DNA from: Naegleria gruberi
Lineage: Eukaryota
DNA: 64,000 nt
Assembly: GCA_000004985.1 (NCBI GenBank)
Contig: GG738848.1
Strand: one strand, 5' to 3'
The position numbers and the translations under genes were made by a program. Of the stretch, positions 30,752-42,206 are shown piece by piece. The notes under the pieces were generated by a model. That model searched no databases. It was not told where the DNA came from and saw nothing but the letters and a program-made list of their open reading frames with translations. Each line of letters opens with the position of its first letter. Position 1 is the first letter of the stretch.

Positions 30752-32704
30752 ATGACGAACAATCAAAACCAGAGAAGTTATTCATCCTCATCAAATAATA
30801 ATAATAATAATAAGAATAGTGGTAATAATAGACGACAGAATCAGCAACAGCAGCATAATAATCAATCCAAGAAGAGGAAGCAAGATCAAACAATAAGCAA
30901 TAATTCAAATAATGATCATCATCGGAAACGAAAGTCTTCTCCAGAGGATATGGATAGTAAAATTGCAAGAATTCTCGGAGTAAATAATAATAATCAAAAT
31001 CAGCAACAATTTGCAAGTGCTTCTTCCTCTTCAACGACTTCTCATTCTACTGGAAGGAATAAATCCAAACAGAATAATAGAATAACATCACAAAAATCAA
31101 ACAATACAATTGCATCAGCATCATCTTCTGGGAATGCATTGCCAGGCTTTTATTTTGATAGTAAGGCGAATAGGTATTTTCCAATTCCAAAGAATGGACT
31201 TGAATGTTCTCTATTGGTAGGAAATTCGGAGGATAGAATGGTAGAGTTGGAAACCCACAAGATGAGTCAATTGAAGATTAGAAAGAAAATTGAAGTCCCA
31301 TCTACGAGTAGTCGCACAATTCAGTCAAATGTTGTGAAATATCAATCCTCTACATTATTGAATCATGATAGGAAGAATCAATTTTACACTCATATCAAAT
31401 CGAGAATGATTCATCCTTCAGATAATAGGTTGTACAATAAGCATGTTGTAAATAGAATGGAAAATTTCAAATTGTTAAATAATCTTTCGAATATTGATGA
31501 ATGGGAACAAAATGATGAGATTTTAAAATATCAAGATGTGCAGTCTAACATTCAAATTACGAGTTGTTCGTTAGTGAATAGAAATCAACAAGTTGTAAAT
31601 AGAAATATCATGACATCAATTCATAATGACATACTCTGTATTGGAGAATTTAAACTCCAAAAAGAGGATAATTATCAAGACATTATTCATTTATCATTCA
31701 GTGGAAAACCAATTTATTCCATCTCGATTAAGAAAAATAATAGAGGATCACATCTACATTTCATAGTGACTCCAAAACAGACCAGTAATTTATTCATTAT
31801 TCGATTTAGTTCATATGATGAACCAATCCATGAAAAATTCGCCCTTTCTAAGAATAAGACTGTATTCTCCCAATCCATTCATCCAAACAATAGGTGGTGT
31901 GCCATAGGGCTCAATAAGGGTGGCATTATCATTGATTTGAATTCTCTTATATCAAAATCTGCTCCAAACATTAAGGCATCTACAATAGCTTTTATTTCGA
32001 ATCAATATTCGGATATTTTAATCACTTACTGGAACCCATTCATTGTGGAATTTGGAGAATTGATGTATGCTAGAAGAGATGGAGGTATCTACATTTCACA
32101 ACTCCAACAATCCAATTCTAACAATTCCAACAAGAGCAATAATAGAAATCCAACCTTTTCACAACAAGAAATTTGCTCTCTCCAATATGGAACTGAAAAT
32201 TTCATTGGACAAATATTGAGCTTAGATGAGGATAGATTCTTGGTGAGATCAATATGTAAGAATGAACTCGGCTACAGCATCTATATTCACATGTTCGACA
32301 AGAGGAAGTTGTCATTGAATTCTTCTCCATTCCATAGCTGTCTAGTTTCTTACGATTTCGAAGAGAAACATCAACAACTCTTCAATCTTTCCACCATTAC
32401 AGAAGAAGTCAATGTTAAAATGTTCATCCACAACTCTCGCTTCCTAATTTGTGGCGATTCAAAAGGATGGCTGAGAGTGTGGGATATCTACAAGGGAGGA
32501 AAACCAATCTCTACGAAAAAGTTACAAGATTGTACCTGTTCAGAATTGGTATTCTTTTCTCCGTCTTGTTCTTTGGAACCAGCATCACATTCTTCATCAT
32601 TAGGTTCGGATGGATACCTTCTCATGCCAATGGTGCATCATGTAAGGAATGGTGGCTACTTCTCTTCTACTAGTAGTACGTGTGTTGCAATTCCTCTGCA
32701 CTAA
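30752..32704 (+). CDS. N/Q-rich hypothetical protein with a C-terminal WD40-like segment
   Basis: Long poly-N/Q/S N-terminus. FLICGDSKGWLRVWDIYKG is WD-repeat-like. ATG 30752 (A8 context) is preferred over the upstream TTG at 30713. Confidence 0.4.
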   Translation: MTNNQNQRSYSSSSNNNNNNKNSGNNRRQNQQQQHNNQSKKRKQDQTISNNSNNDHHRKRKSSPEDMDSKIARILGVNNNNQNQQQFASASSSSTTSHSTGRNKSKQNNRITSQKSNNTIASASSSGNALPGFYFDSKANRYFPIPKNGLECSLLVGNSEDRMVELETHKMSQLKIRKKIEVPSTSSRTIQSNVVKYQSSTLLNHDRKNQFYTHIKSRMIHPSDNRLYNKHVVNRMENFKLLNNLSNIDEWEQNDEILKYQDVQSNIQITSCSLVNRNQQVVNRNIMTSIHNDILCIGEFKLQKEDNYQDIIHLSFSGKPIYSISIKKNNRGSHLHFIVTPKQTSNLFIIRFSSYDEPIHEKFALSKNKTVFSQSIHPNNRWCAIGLNKGGIIIDLNSLISKSAPNIKASTIAFISNQYSDILITYWNPFIVEFGELMYARRDGGIYISQLQQSNSNNSNKSNNRNPTFSQQEICSLQYGTENFIGQILSLDEDRFLVRSICKNELGYSIYIHMFDKRKLSLNSSPFHSCLVSYDFEEKHQQLFNLSTITEEVNVKMFIHNSRFLICGDSKGWLRVWDIYKGGKPISTKKLQDCTCSELVFFSPSCSLEPASHSSSLGSDGYLLMPMVHHVRNGGYFSSTSSTCVAIPLH

Positions 32705-32863
32705 TGGCATTAGTGAAGAAATGTCGACCAAATAATAATTCAAAAGATCATCCTAGGAAATTAATGTATTTGTCATAATTACAGGATTGTACAAAGATCC
32801 ATGATACATTTTATTCCCATCACGAAAAACATAAATTATAAATTATTATTATTATTTGATGAT

Positions 32864-33220
32864 TTACTTCTTGATAACAACTCTCAAATATTCTTCAATA
32901 TCGGCACCCTTTCCTACCTTGTAGCTGTGATAGTATCTATCGAACAAAGATTTACAAGACTTTTGGAGGACTGGGAGTTGCTTGGAACAAACAACATTAA
33001 TAACTTCTTCTCTATTCTTAAAATCAAAGTTTTGTTCATTGAGTTTAGAAACTTGAGCTTGGATATCCTTGTCCACAGCAGTCAAGGTTTCTGTGAGTTT
33101 ATGAGATGAGAATTTTCCACTTCCATCAACAGAGTCGTGTCCTCCTTTGAAAGCAACAGCATTAGCTGCAACGAGCAACATTGAAATACCTCCAATCTTG
33201 ACAAGTCTTGAGATGGTCAT
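32864..33220 (-). CDS. Small secreted hypothetical protein (118 aa)
   Basis: Signal peptide MTISRLVKIGGISMLLVAANAVAF, then a mainly hydrophilic 95-aa body. Confidence 0.4.
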   Translation of the reverse strand: MTISRLVKIGGISMLLVAANAVAFKGGHDSVDGSGKFSSHKLTETLTAVDKDIQAQVSKLNEQNFDFKNREEVINVVCSKQLPVLQKSCKSLFDRYYHSYKVGKGADIEEYLRVVIKK

Positions 33221-33836
33221 TATGTAATATTTTTTTTTAAAATTTCTTAGTATTACAAAGCTAATTTTTGCTTGCGATTTTTATTCTTGAGAGAAATTTT
33301 TGATTTTGATAGAAGAAGCTAACACACAACATTGCAATACATCAAACTCTGAGCACTACTTGAACAGCAGAGGTATGAATGAATATTAAATTAATCAGCA
33401 CAGCACAAAAAGCCGGCTCTTGATATTACTGCTTTTTGTTGTACATCAATAAAAGGCATCAATAATGTGCCCGCTCTTCTATTGTTCCGAAATTAAAGGC
33501 AGCATTCTTACATCAACAACTCGAAATACATGCATCATCAACCGATGTATGCTTCCTTATAGTCTCATCCCCAGTATACTTCTATGAACATACTATTGTA
33601 AATTCAATTCCATATATCCCTACTGGTCCTGTAGGAATTTTTTTAATCTGGGCACTAATGGAGATTTTACATGTAGCTCTTTATTGAACAAGTGCTACAA
33701 AAGTAGAAAATTATGTGCATTGAGAGAAGAATAGTGTTATCCGAACTGTTGTTGCACAACTGTTGACCACCTTTTGATCTACTGTTATTGTAAACAACTG
33801 AGTGGTCTACAATGCAATATTACAGACAAAATAGGT

Positions 33837-35441
33837 TTATTCCTCATCTTCTCCATTCCATTCAATATCAAAAGTCATGGCAGAAATCAAATTGACTCTA
33901 AAACGCCACATTTTAATGATTGGATCCAGGGCAAAGTATGCCTGCATGAAAAATGGCAGTGGATCATTAGGTTTAAATAGGGCATCCTTTTCAATTCCAC
34001 ATTTCAATACATCTGCGAGCCATGATGAGATTAATTGCATTGAGGAACATCCTACAAAGAGAGTGAGAATCATGGCACCTAATAATTGAGATTTGGTACC
34101 AAATGGTGGTGAGAGAATTTCATGTTCTGCCTTGTTATCTTCATTGCTGGTGGAGGTTGCTTGTTGTGGGAAGAAACATTGAATGAATTTGGCACGATTG
34201 ACATGAGGGGTGTTAAATAAGTGAGCTCCACTGGTGGCTCTTGGATTGCATTCAATTGGATGAATGATTAATTCTTGCCCCTTCTTGGTGACAATAAAAT
34301 CAAATGAAATTTGACCTGTGAAATTTCTATGTGAAACCACTGAGGAAATCCAAGATTTGAGGGCTGTATCAATTTGATCATTACTAATCTGTTCAAAATA
34401 GACAGTACTTCCAACAGGTGTTCCATTCGGCGTGTGAATTCCTCCCAAGTAGGTACAGTGAGCTAGCAATTTTCCTCTCTGAGCAACTCCAAAACTGCAA
34501 ACAATTTGACCATCAACGAATTTTTGGGCTACCCACCAAGTCGATGAATCATTTGAAACCTTTGCACTCTTTACAATATCAATGTAGCTTTCATAGCTTG
34601 GTTTGACAATGGTCTGAGAGGCAAATCTCGAATAACATGGCTTTAAGACAACTTGACCATTACATTTCTTCCAAAAATTGATCATTTCAGTGTTATCTTT
34701 CAGATGGCTATGATTAATGAGAATGGTTTCTGGATTCTTGACTCTAATTTTAGTATTTTCATTCAATGTTTCCTCATTATTTCCAATATATTCCACAAAA
34801 TCATACTTGTTGTGAAGTTCACGTAAATTTTCCAATGGTTCGCAACATACGAAACAGTTGGCCTCCTTTTCAACCTGGACTTTAGCTCTAGCAACATGAA
34901 AAACTTCCTCACAAGTAGGAATGACAATATCAATCTTCAATTCTTTACAAATTTCAATCAATTCCTTTTGAAATGTCTTGAATTTCTTGTTAGGATATAC
35001 TGAAAAGTATCTAACTGACTTGGCATATTTCGAAAGATTTGCCACAAACATTGGTCTATACGATGGGGATTCCACCAAATGAACTGAATGTCCCATCTCT
35101 GAAAACATTCTCAAATAATCCAAACAAACAGGAGCTCTCCCTCCCAACAAGAGAATATTCCTTTTCTTTTTCAATTCTGAATCCTCTTCACTCGATTTCC
35201 TGACCAAATTATAAACCTTTGATGTATCATCAATTTCACAATTATTCACACTACCATCGCCACAATATTCATTTAAATATTCTCCAATAATTAATACAAT
35301 CTGATAAAAGGTAGCCAACACTACAATCACACTCACAATCATCATCTTGACCATCACGAGTGCCACCTTTTTCATGAATGCAACAACAGATGATACGATC
35401 ATTCCTTGATGCATTGTTTGCTCTTCCTTTTGACTTGTCAT
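33837..35441 (-). CDS. ATP-grasp fold enzyme with an N-terminal membrane anchor
   Basis: Pre-ATP-grasp NILLLGGRAPVCLDYLRMFSEMGHSVHLVES. ATP-grasp core ...WVAQKFVDGQ...IIHPIECNPRATSG. TM MIVSVIVVLATFYQIVLII near the N-terminus. ATG 35441. Confidence 0.5.
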   Translation of the reverse strand: MTSQKEEQTMHQGMIVSSVVAFMKKVALVMVKMMIVSVIVVLATFYQIVLIIGEYLNEYCGDGSVNNCEIDDTSKVYNLVRKSSEEDSELKKKRNILLLGGRAPVCLDYLRMFSEMGHSVHLVESPSYRPMFVANLSKYAKSVRYFSVYPNKKFKTFQKELIEICKELKIDIVIPTCEEVFHVARAKVQVEKEANCFVCCEPLENLRELHNKYDFVEYIGNNEETLNENTKIRVKNPETILINHSHLKDNTEMINFWKKCNGQVVLKPCYSRFASQTIVKPSYESYIDIVKSAKVSNDSSTWWVAQKFVDGQIVCSFGVAQRGKLLAHCTYLGGIHTPNGTPVGSTVYFEQISNDQIDTALKSWISSVVSHRNFTGQISFDFIVTKKGQELIIHPIECNPRATSGAHLFNTPHVNRAKFIQCFFPQQATSTSNEDNKAEHEILSPPFGTKSQLLGAMILTLFVGCSSMQLISSWLADVLKCGIEKDALFKPNDPLPFFMQAYFALDPIIKMWRFRVNLISAMTFDIEWNGEDEE

Positions 35442-35874
35442 TTCAACCTCCGAAAAACCAAGAAGCCTTTCTCTGCTTTTGAATATCAAAAAAACGAACA
35501 GCAACAATTTGCCTAGTAGTCTTAAAGTCTTTTTTTTTGTGAGTGACAAATGTGGGGTGGATTTGCAAGTGTGTGAAGGTCCTTCGCCAAAAACCAAGCC
35601 AATCAGTTACGGAAGTTTTGTTTTGAACCTCAGACAGTGGACGTGGGGAGGATTTGTGGGAAAATCGAGGAAATTTGAAAGTCCTTAATGTACAGTAAAT
35701 TTTGAGAACTTTCAAAATTCCACATGATGATAACAAATTCCACACTACACTTGCTATTTTCCTCTCAGATCAATGAAAGATTCAATTTATGATTGAATTA
35801 AAATGTGTTGTTGTGTTTATAATGAAGAGAATAGATAAATTGAGAAAGTGATAGGTTGCGTGTGAATTCAATAT

Positions 35875-37075
35875 TTACATGACCAGACAGCAACCTTTCT
35901 TTTCACCATTTCTATTCTGTGATGCATTATTGGGTGATGTATTGGTCTTTGATGTGTTGTTTCCTCCACTTCCACCTTCGAGATCAGAACTGTTCAAAAC
36001 ACCTTGATATAATAGACCTGTCTCACTTGCTTTTTTGAAAACTTCTGTAATACCAACTTGTGTCTTACCACTACACATACAGAATGCGTAGGCACCAAGC
36101 TTTTTGGCAAGGGCCTCTCCTTCCTCTTTGGTCACTGGTTTTTCGCCATGTTCTTCAAGTTTTTTCAAAGTTTCTGGATCTGTAAATATTTTGTAAAATA
36201 GTTTTCCAATTCCAATAAAATTTCACACAATTATTGAAAGGCAGTTCAACAGTTTGAACATTGTCAAATTCACATCCATCAGATTATTATTTAAATAATA
36301 ATAATAATAATAATAACAATAGAAAATATTCAAAGTCATCATTCGAAAGAAAAACCTACCATTTGCACTATCCAATTTAGTTCCACACAAAACAAATGGA
36401 ACATCCTTTGAAAATGTTCTAATTTCTTTAATCCAATGCGCATCAACATTTTCAAAACTCGATCTACTAATCAATGAAAAACAAATTAGAAAAACATGAG
36501 TTCCAGGAAAAGCTAATGGACGCATTTGTTCATAGCTGTTTTTAAATATTAATAATAATTAGTATTATTATTATCAAGAATATAGAGAGCGTTTAGATAT
36601 ATCAGAAAAAAGGTGATGATGATGGTTTGTTGTTCCTTTCTATTAGAATTATTAGAATTGATGAATGACTTACTCACTGTAAAGAATTGTGTTATTGGAA
36701 TGTGATAAAAAGTACTTACTCTTGACCAGCTGTATCCCACAGCCCAAGGGATACGTGAATTTGTTTATTGTACACCATTGTACATGTCTAATTTAATGTC
36801 AAATGTCTATTTTCAAGTTTTGAAAGTGAATAACAACACTTACATAGTTATCGAAAACTGTTGGCACGTAGTCTTCTGGGAATTTATCTAAAGCGTATGA
36901 CATGAGTAAAGATGTTTTACCTAATCATCATCATTTAGTTTCCAATGAAAAAATTAAATTAATAAAAACATACCGACTGCACCGTCTCCTACGGTCTTGT
37001 TAAAAGGTTGATGATGTTATTATTGGGTGTTTTACTTACCATCAGTTTGACGCTTTCCATGCGAGGTTGAGACAT
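35875..37075 (-). CDS. Rho/Rac-family small GTPase, 6 exons (227 aa, CaaX = CLVM)
   Basis: Exons 37075..37040 ([12 protein letters not shown]), 36995..36974 (TVGDGAV|G), 36920..36844 ([26 protein letters not shown]), 36787..36720 (...[10 protein letters not shown]), 36535..36360 ([21 protein letters not shown]...VLCGTKLD) and 36179..35875 (...CCLVM*). Donors GTAAGT/GTATGT/GTAGGT, acceptors AG. Phases are consistent, 684 nt in total. G1, G3 and G4 boxes are present. Confidence 0.7.
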
Positions 37076-37440
37076 TTTTTATTTTTCCTTGTCAAATGTC
37101 TGTTGATAGTTTTCGCAACAAAGACTTGCAGATAATGGAAACAATTTTTGATGAGAAATTAGTTATCAACAATAAGAGTCACTTGTTCAGTGTTCTAATT
37201 GTATCATGATGTTAAATATTGACCTAAGATGAAGAATTTAATAACATTTCAATATGTTTCAACTAATTAACTATTTCTGACTTGGTCTCAGATGATCTTT
37301 GAACGGATGTTTTTCAAGATAATAAGAAATTCAAAACAAATTTCACCTAACAACAAGATTAAAAAAGAAATGGAATTACTTTTCAAAATACAATTTTATG
37401 TTTATTCGAATCTAATATTCTGTCTGCTTAATAAATTAAT

Positions 37441-39338
37441 TTAGTGTAAATTACTAGTTCCATAATTTGAGTGGAATGAAGAAGTTGGACTTCCCATATC
37501 AACTCTAATATTGTTTACAAGTTGTTTTCGTTGCTTTTGTTCCAAAACGAATTGTTCTTGTTGAGAATCAATCATCTTCTTCATGTTGTAGAGTCTTCTC
37601 TTTTCCAAATCAGCTAACATGAGTTCGAGAGCAGCTCTGGAGACAGTTTCTTCATAGGCAGAAACTTCACTGAATTCCAAGGCATCCAAACCTTGTTCTT
37701 CCTCTTCACGAGTATTGACCAACAAGTGTGGATAGTATCTATTGATCATTCTAATTGAGATGGCAAGAATGAAGGTAATGAGTCCCGACCAGAAGAAGGC
37801 CAAACCAACACCAACCAATTGAGCCATTAATTGCCATCCATTACCATAGAAAACACCATCAGCTCCATCTGGATTGACTGAGGTTGTGGCACAGAAACCA
37901 ATGGCAATACTTCCAATAAGACCAGTAATACCGTGAACACTCTAATTTTAATTGTGAATGGTTCAAGTGAAATATAAATTACAGATTAAAACTCTATTTC
38001 AATAATACTTACGGAAACATCAAGAGCATCATCAATTCTGAGTTTATGCTTCAACAAGTAAATACCCAAATAACTGAAAGCACCAAGAATCAAACCAAGA
38101 ACCATAGCAGCATGAACAGTGATATAACCAGAAGCTGGTGTAATACCAGCAAGACCAGCAATACTACCATTTAACAAACTGACCAAGGATGGCTTCTTAT
38201 TCTTGATCCAGTGCATGATAAGCCAAACAACTGTTGATGTACAAGCAGCAGCTTGGGTATTGACAATGGCAGCAATGGCAACACTTGATGATGAGAGAGC
38301 ACTACCAGCATTGAATCCAAACCAACCCATCCACTATTTAATTCAAGTTAAAAAAATGAATTCACACTTTTTGTAAACTTACCAATCTATTAACGAGGTC
38401 AGTAAATATGAAATATTATAAAAATACTTACAAAGCAGCACCAATAGCAGCAAGTGGAAGATTAGATGGATGAGGTTCACCGTGGTGATCATCAAAATCT
38501 TTTCTTCTACCAAAAACAAGAGCACACACCAAAGCAGCAATACCTGATTGGACGTGAATGACAATACCACCAGCAAAATCTAAAGTATCCAATGGTTTAT
38601 GGGATAAGAAACCACCTCCCCAAATAATGTGAGCAACTGGGTAGTAAACCAAAAATTCCCAAATAAGAATGAAAGCAATATAAGCTAATTTGGTTTAGAG
38701 ATTGAAAAGTTTGAATGAAAAACATACCCCTCCATTTTAATCTTTCAGCAAAAGCACCTGTCATCAAAAGTGGTGTAATGCAAGCAAACCTATTTACATT
38801 GAAAACAAGTGTTTGTAAAAGATTGGTTCAATATATGTGAGAAATTATAATACACTTACATCATTTGGAAAATTGCAAAAGATGCATGTGGAATTGAGAG
38901 AGCATGTTGTGAACACTTATTCAAATCAACTCCAATGAATGCAATATAATCAAGACCACCAATAATACCACCTTGTGTTGGACCAAAAACAAGAGTGTAT
39001 CCAAATAAAATCCATGCCACAGCCAAAACTGCCAGACCAATCCAAATTTGACTGAAAATCGTCAAGGTTTCTTTCTTTCTACTCAGACCTGCTTCAAAGA
39101 AAGCCAAAGCACTCATCATGGCCAATACGAGAATTGATGAAACAGTAACCCAGGCGGTATCACCTATTATATAGCAATGGTCAACATCAAACAAGAAGTG
39201 AATTTTCATGATTATCCACACACAACAATCATCAAGATAACTTTAAATGACAATAAACATACCATCATCAATTAAACAATCCACATCAGGATTAAATCCT
39301 CCATTCACTATACGTTTAGCAGTTAATCCGGAAACCAT
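37441..39338 (-). CDS. amt: Ammonium transporter (Amt/MEP/Rh family), 7 exons including a 4-nt micro-exon
   Basis: Exons 39338..39263, 39163..38860 (GDTAWVTVSS...FAIFQM), 38789..38728 (MFACITPLLMTGAFAERLKWR), 38684..38432 (AYIAFILIWEFLVYYPVAHIIWGGGFL...DFAGGIVIHVQSGIAALV...PSNLPLAAIGAAL), 38386..38383 (ATTG), 38333..38013 (LWMGWFGFNAGSA...DDALDVS) and 37941..37441 (SVHGITGLIGS...). The phases sum to 1521 nt, 506 aa. Amt signature motifs are present. Confidence 0.7.
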
Positions 39339-39742
39339 TTTCAATGATCAAATTATATATTATCTAATATGTATACTCTCAACTCTCGTGTTTATATTGA
39401 TTTTAAATGATGATATATTCTCTTCTTCTTCTTCCCTATATTGTTATTGTTGTGAACACAAAAAATCCTAGCAAGTATTCAAAAAAAAGAAAGTATGAGT
39501 GAGAGCGTCGTTTGATATTTTTTTTAAAGTTTTCCTCCGGTCTTCGGATAGCATTTTACGGAACGCCTAGTTTTTATTTGGTGGTGGCGGAGTTGGAAAG
39601 GAACGGAAGATGATTTGTTTGGTTGTGCAAGCTTTTGTTGATGGGTGGTTTTGTTTGTGAGAATCTGACGTGGCTAGCCTTTAATTTTGAAACATTATTT
39701 TGTAAAAACATAAATATTGAATGGAATTGAGATTTATTGAAC

Positions 39743-40459
39743 TCATTTCAAAAAAGTGAGCAATTTCTGATCGATTTTGGATCTGGAACTTTCAATGGAT
39801 GTGAGAAGCTTTCCCAATTCAACATGGCTGAGTTTTGCAATGTCCCTTTCCTGAATACTTGAAAATCTTCTGGTTACTCCAATATTCACTTTTAGCTTTG
39901 CATTGGTTGTTGCGAGAATTTTAATTTCGTTCCACAGGTGTTTCGTCTCTTCACTCAACATTTCACCCAGATGTTTTGAATTCTCCATGGATTCATGATC
40001 TTGTTGATTCTCTTCTTGCTGAATATCATCGGTTTCGTTTGTAAGTTGATTTACAGAACATCTAATATTGAGCTGATTGTAGTACATAAACTTGACGCCT
40101 GCAATTATTTTTAATAATTCAGTGAGCTGGTCGTAATTCAGTGGTATCAATTCTTGGTCTGTAATTTGCATTTTGTTAATTGGACTTGACAATTGTTGAT
40201 TTTCTTCGCATAGAACAGAAACCTTTTCTTCAAGTTTTGAGAGAATATTCTTGATGTTACCAAGACGTTTCTTTGGAGAATGGACATCATGAGGGGCATC
40301 AACTTGTTCTTCATCACTTCCCTCATATTCAGAGTCTTCTTCTTCTTCTTCTTCACTATTCTCTTCTTCACCGTTGATAGCAGGTCGACGCACAGTTACC
40401 TTGGCTAGATTGCATTCTCCGTCTTCTTCACATTTGATAGCAAGATGTTTTCTCTTCAT
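39743..40459 (-). CDS. Acidic coiled-coil hypothetical protein
   Basis: 238 aa. Poly-E/S acidic tract EEENSEEEEEEDSEYEGSDEE. Heptad regions. A-run before the ATG. Confidence 0.45.
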   Translation of the reverse strand: MKRKHLAIKCEEDGECNLAKVTVRRPAINGEEENSEEEEEEDSEYEGSDEEQVDAPHDVHSPKKRLGNIKNILSKLEEKVSVLCEENQQLSSPINKMQITDQELIPLNYDQLTELLKIIAGVKFMYYNQLNIRCSVNQLTNETDDIQQEENQQDHESMENSKHLGEMLSEETKHLWNEIKILATTNAKLKVNIGVTRRFSSIQERDIAKLSHVELGKLLTSIESSRSKIDQKLLTFLK

Positions 40460-40642
40460 TTTTTTTTGGTGTGTTTTGTTTGGCAGGACAAGAGTTTTTG
40501 TTTCAAAACCAAAAGATTGGGTACAATCTAATAAACTGTATTATTGATTTTTCTTTCATAATGTATTCATCTGATTCATTTAGTAACAATCGTACCATCC
40601 AACACTTTGAGAACAATCCAATCTTTAATATTAATTTAAAAA

Positions 40643-41612
40643 ATGTTTAATATTCAGAGGAAGGCACACAAGTTGATATCAAATAAGAATTTTCAACCTC
40701 TTTGGAATACCAAATCAAACAATATTGGTACAATACAACAATTTCATTGTTTAAATTGTAGATTATTAGCTTCACTGAAGAGTTTTGATGAATATAATAA
40801 TCATGTTATGAAACTTGTATCGGACGATGATTTTCAGATTGGGAGGAGAAGTAGAACATTGAGATTGGGTGAAAAATTGGTGGATGAATTTATGGAATCG
40901 AGGAGGAACAAGTCTTTAGAGTACGATCTTGAATTAATATTTAAAGAAGGTATGATGATATAATAATTAATATAATTTTTATAATGATATATATTTATTA
41001 AAAGGCTATTTAATTCCTAGTGAGATTTGGGAATTTATTCAACAAGATTTGGAAAGAATATTTGCATGTTTGAGGGCTCCTAGAAATATTGATACTTCAT
41101 TCGAGTTGGCTGTTGAAGTGAGGAATGATATTGATGTGTTAAAGTCAATATGTGAATTTTATAATATATCTGCTTTGATTAACTCTAAAAATCCAGAAGA
41201 AGAGGAAGATGTTAATCAATTGAAAAATTTGATTGTAAAATTGGAGGAAGAATGTGAACTGTTTGAGATTTCAGAAAAAATTAGGGAGTTGGATATGAGA
41301 TTAATTAATTTGAGTAATACTGATGGTGGTAATAGAGAAGTGGATGATTCGGAAGAAAGAGGAGATGATATATTTATCAAATTGGAAAAACCAAGAATTA
41401 TTATCAAGATTGTTGACCTTCTTGAGAGAAGGTTTAATTTACTGAAAAGAATGAACAAGATTCAGGATGCTAACTCTGATTTAAACAAGGCAATTTCCTT
41501 GTTAACTTATCATATCCAACAAATCGAGCTAGGAAACCACTACGAGGGAGATACTAGCTTGTCGAGAGTTAAATTCTGGTTGAATCATCTCAGTGAACAA
41601 TTAATCAAATAA
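40643..41612 (+). CDS. Hypothetical protein, 2 exons (40643..40949, 41005..41612)
   Basis: Track ORFs 40643..40963 and 41049..41612 join through a 55-nt intron (G|GTATGA ... AAAAG|GC, phase 1). This gives ...YDLELIFKE-G-YLIPSEIWEFIQQDLERIFACLRAPRN.... No recognised domain. Confidence 0.45.
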
Positions 41613-42206
41613 TAGAGCTGTTTCATCATTTCCCTTTTCCATTAAATCTACATTCTTATATTTGAATGGTTCTTTCTAGATAATTTCAATCCTTTTGGAT
41701 AGGGATAAACTTTTCAACATTGGTTTCTTCTTGGAGAGGAATAAGATAATCGAGAACTTTAAATATTTTGATCAAATATATTACAACGAGAGATATCAAA
41801 TTGAATTGTCATTTATGATTCAATCCTAAAACAATCATAAGATACTCAGTTAACATATTTGGTGAAAAATTTTGAAATAGATATTTACTCAACAAAATAT
41901 TTAAGGCAATTTAAATAACAGCTGATCTTTGAGTTACAATAATTGTAATTAAAAATGGCGCTAGATTTTTTCAAAGTCCCAACATGTTCTTCTTCACCAT
42001 TTTCAACGTTGGAAGGTTGTGAATTAACTTCCATCACGCTTCATACTAAAATTATTGTTTTTTTCAATTATCAAAATAATTTACAATCGAAATTTCTAGT
42101 GTTCTGTTCAACAAAATTTTGGTAACCGAAAAAACGCGGGTTGACGTTGATGCTTAAAACAGACAGTGCAAATTTTACCTTCTCTTAATATGTAACGTCA
42201 AAAAAA

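Noticed and set aside
33401-33439. 9-bp inverted repeat ACAAAAAGC...GCTTTTTGT in the 33.2-33.8 kb intergenic region
   Set aside because: Too short to be significant in AT-rich DNA. It lies between two minus-strand genes and could be a terminator-like hairpin, but there is no further support.
36223-36740. Track ORFs 36223..36525 and 36549..36740 (-) as independent genes
   Set aside because: They are exon 5 read through its donor into the intron, and an off-frame reading of exon 4 plus intron. Both are subsumed in the 6-exon Rho GTPase model.
39207-39221. Alternative single-exon start (MKIHFLFDVDHCYIIGDTAW) for the Amt gene, and track ORF 39247..39471 (+)
   Set aside because: An upstream exon at 39338..39263 (MVSGLTAKRIVNGGFNPDVDCLIDDG) joins through a GTATGT...TATAATAG intron exactly at the GDTAW motif. 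That gives a more typical Amt N-terminus. The + strand ORF is antisense to this exon and is discarded.
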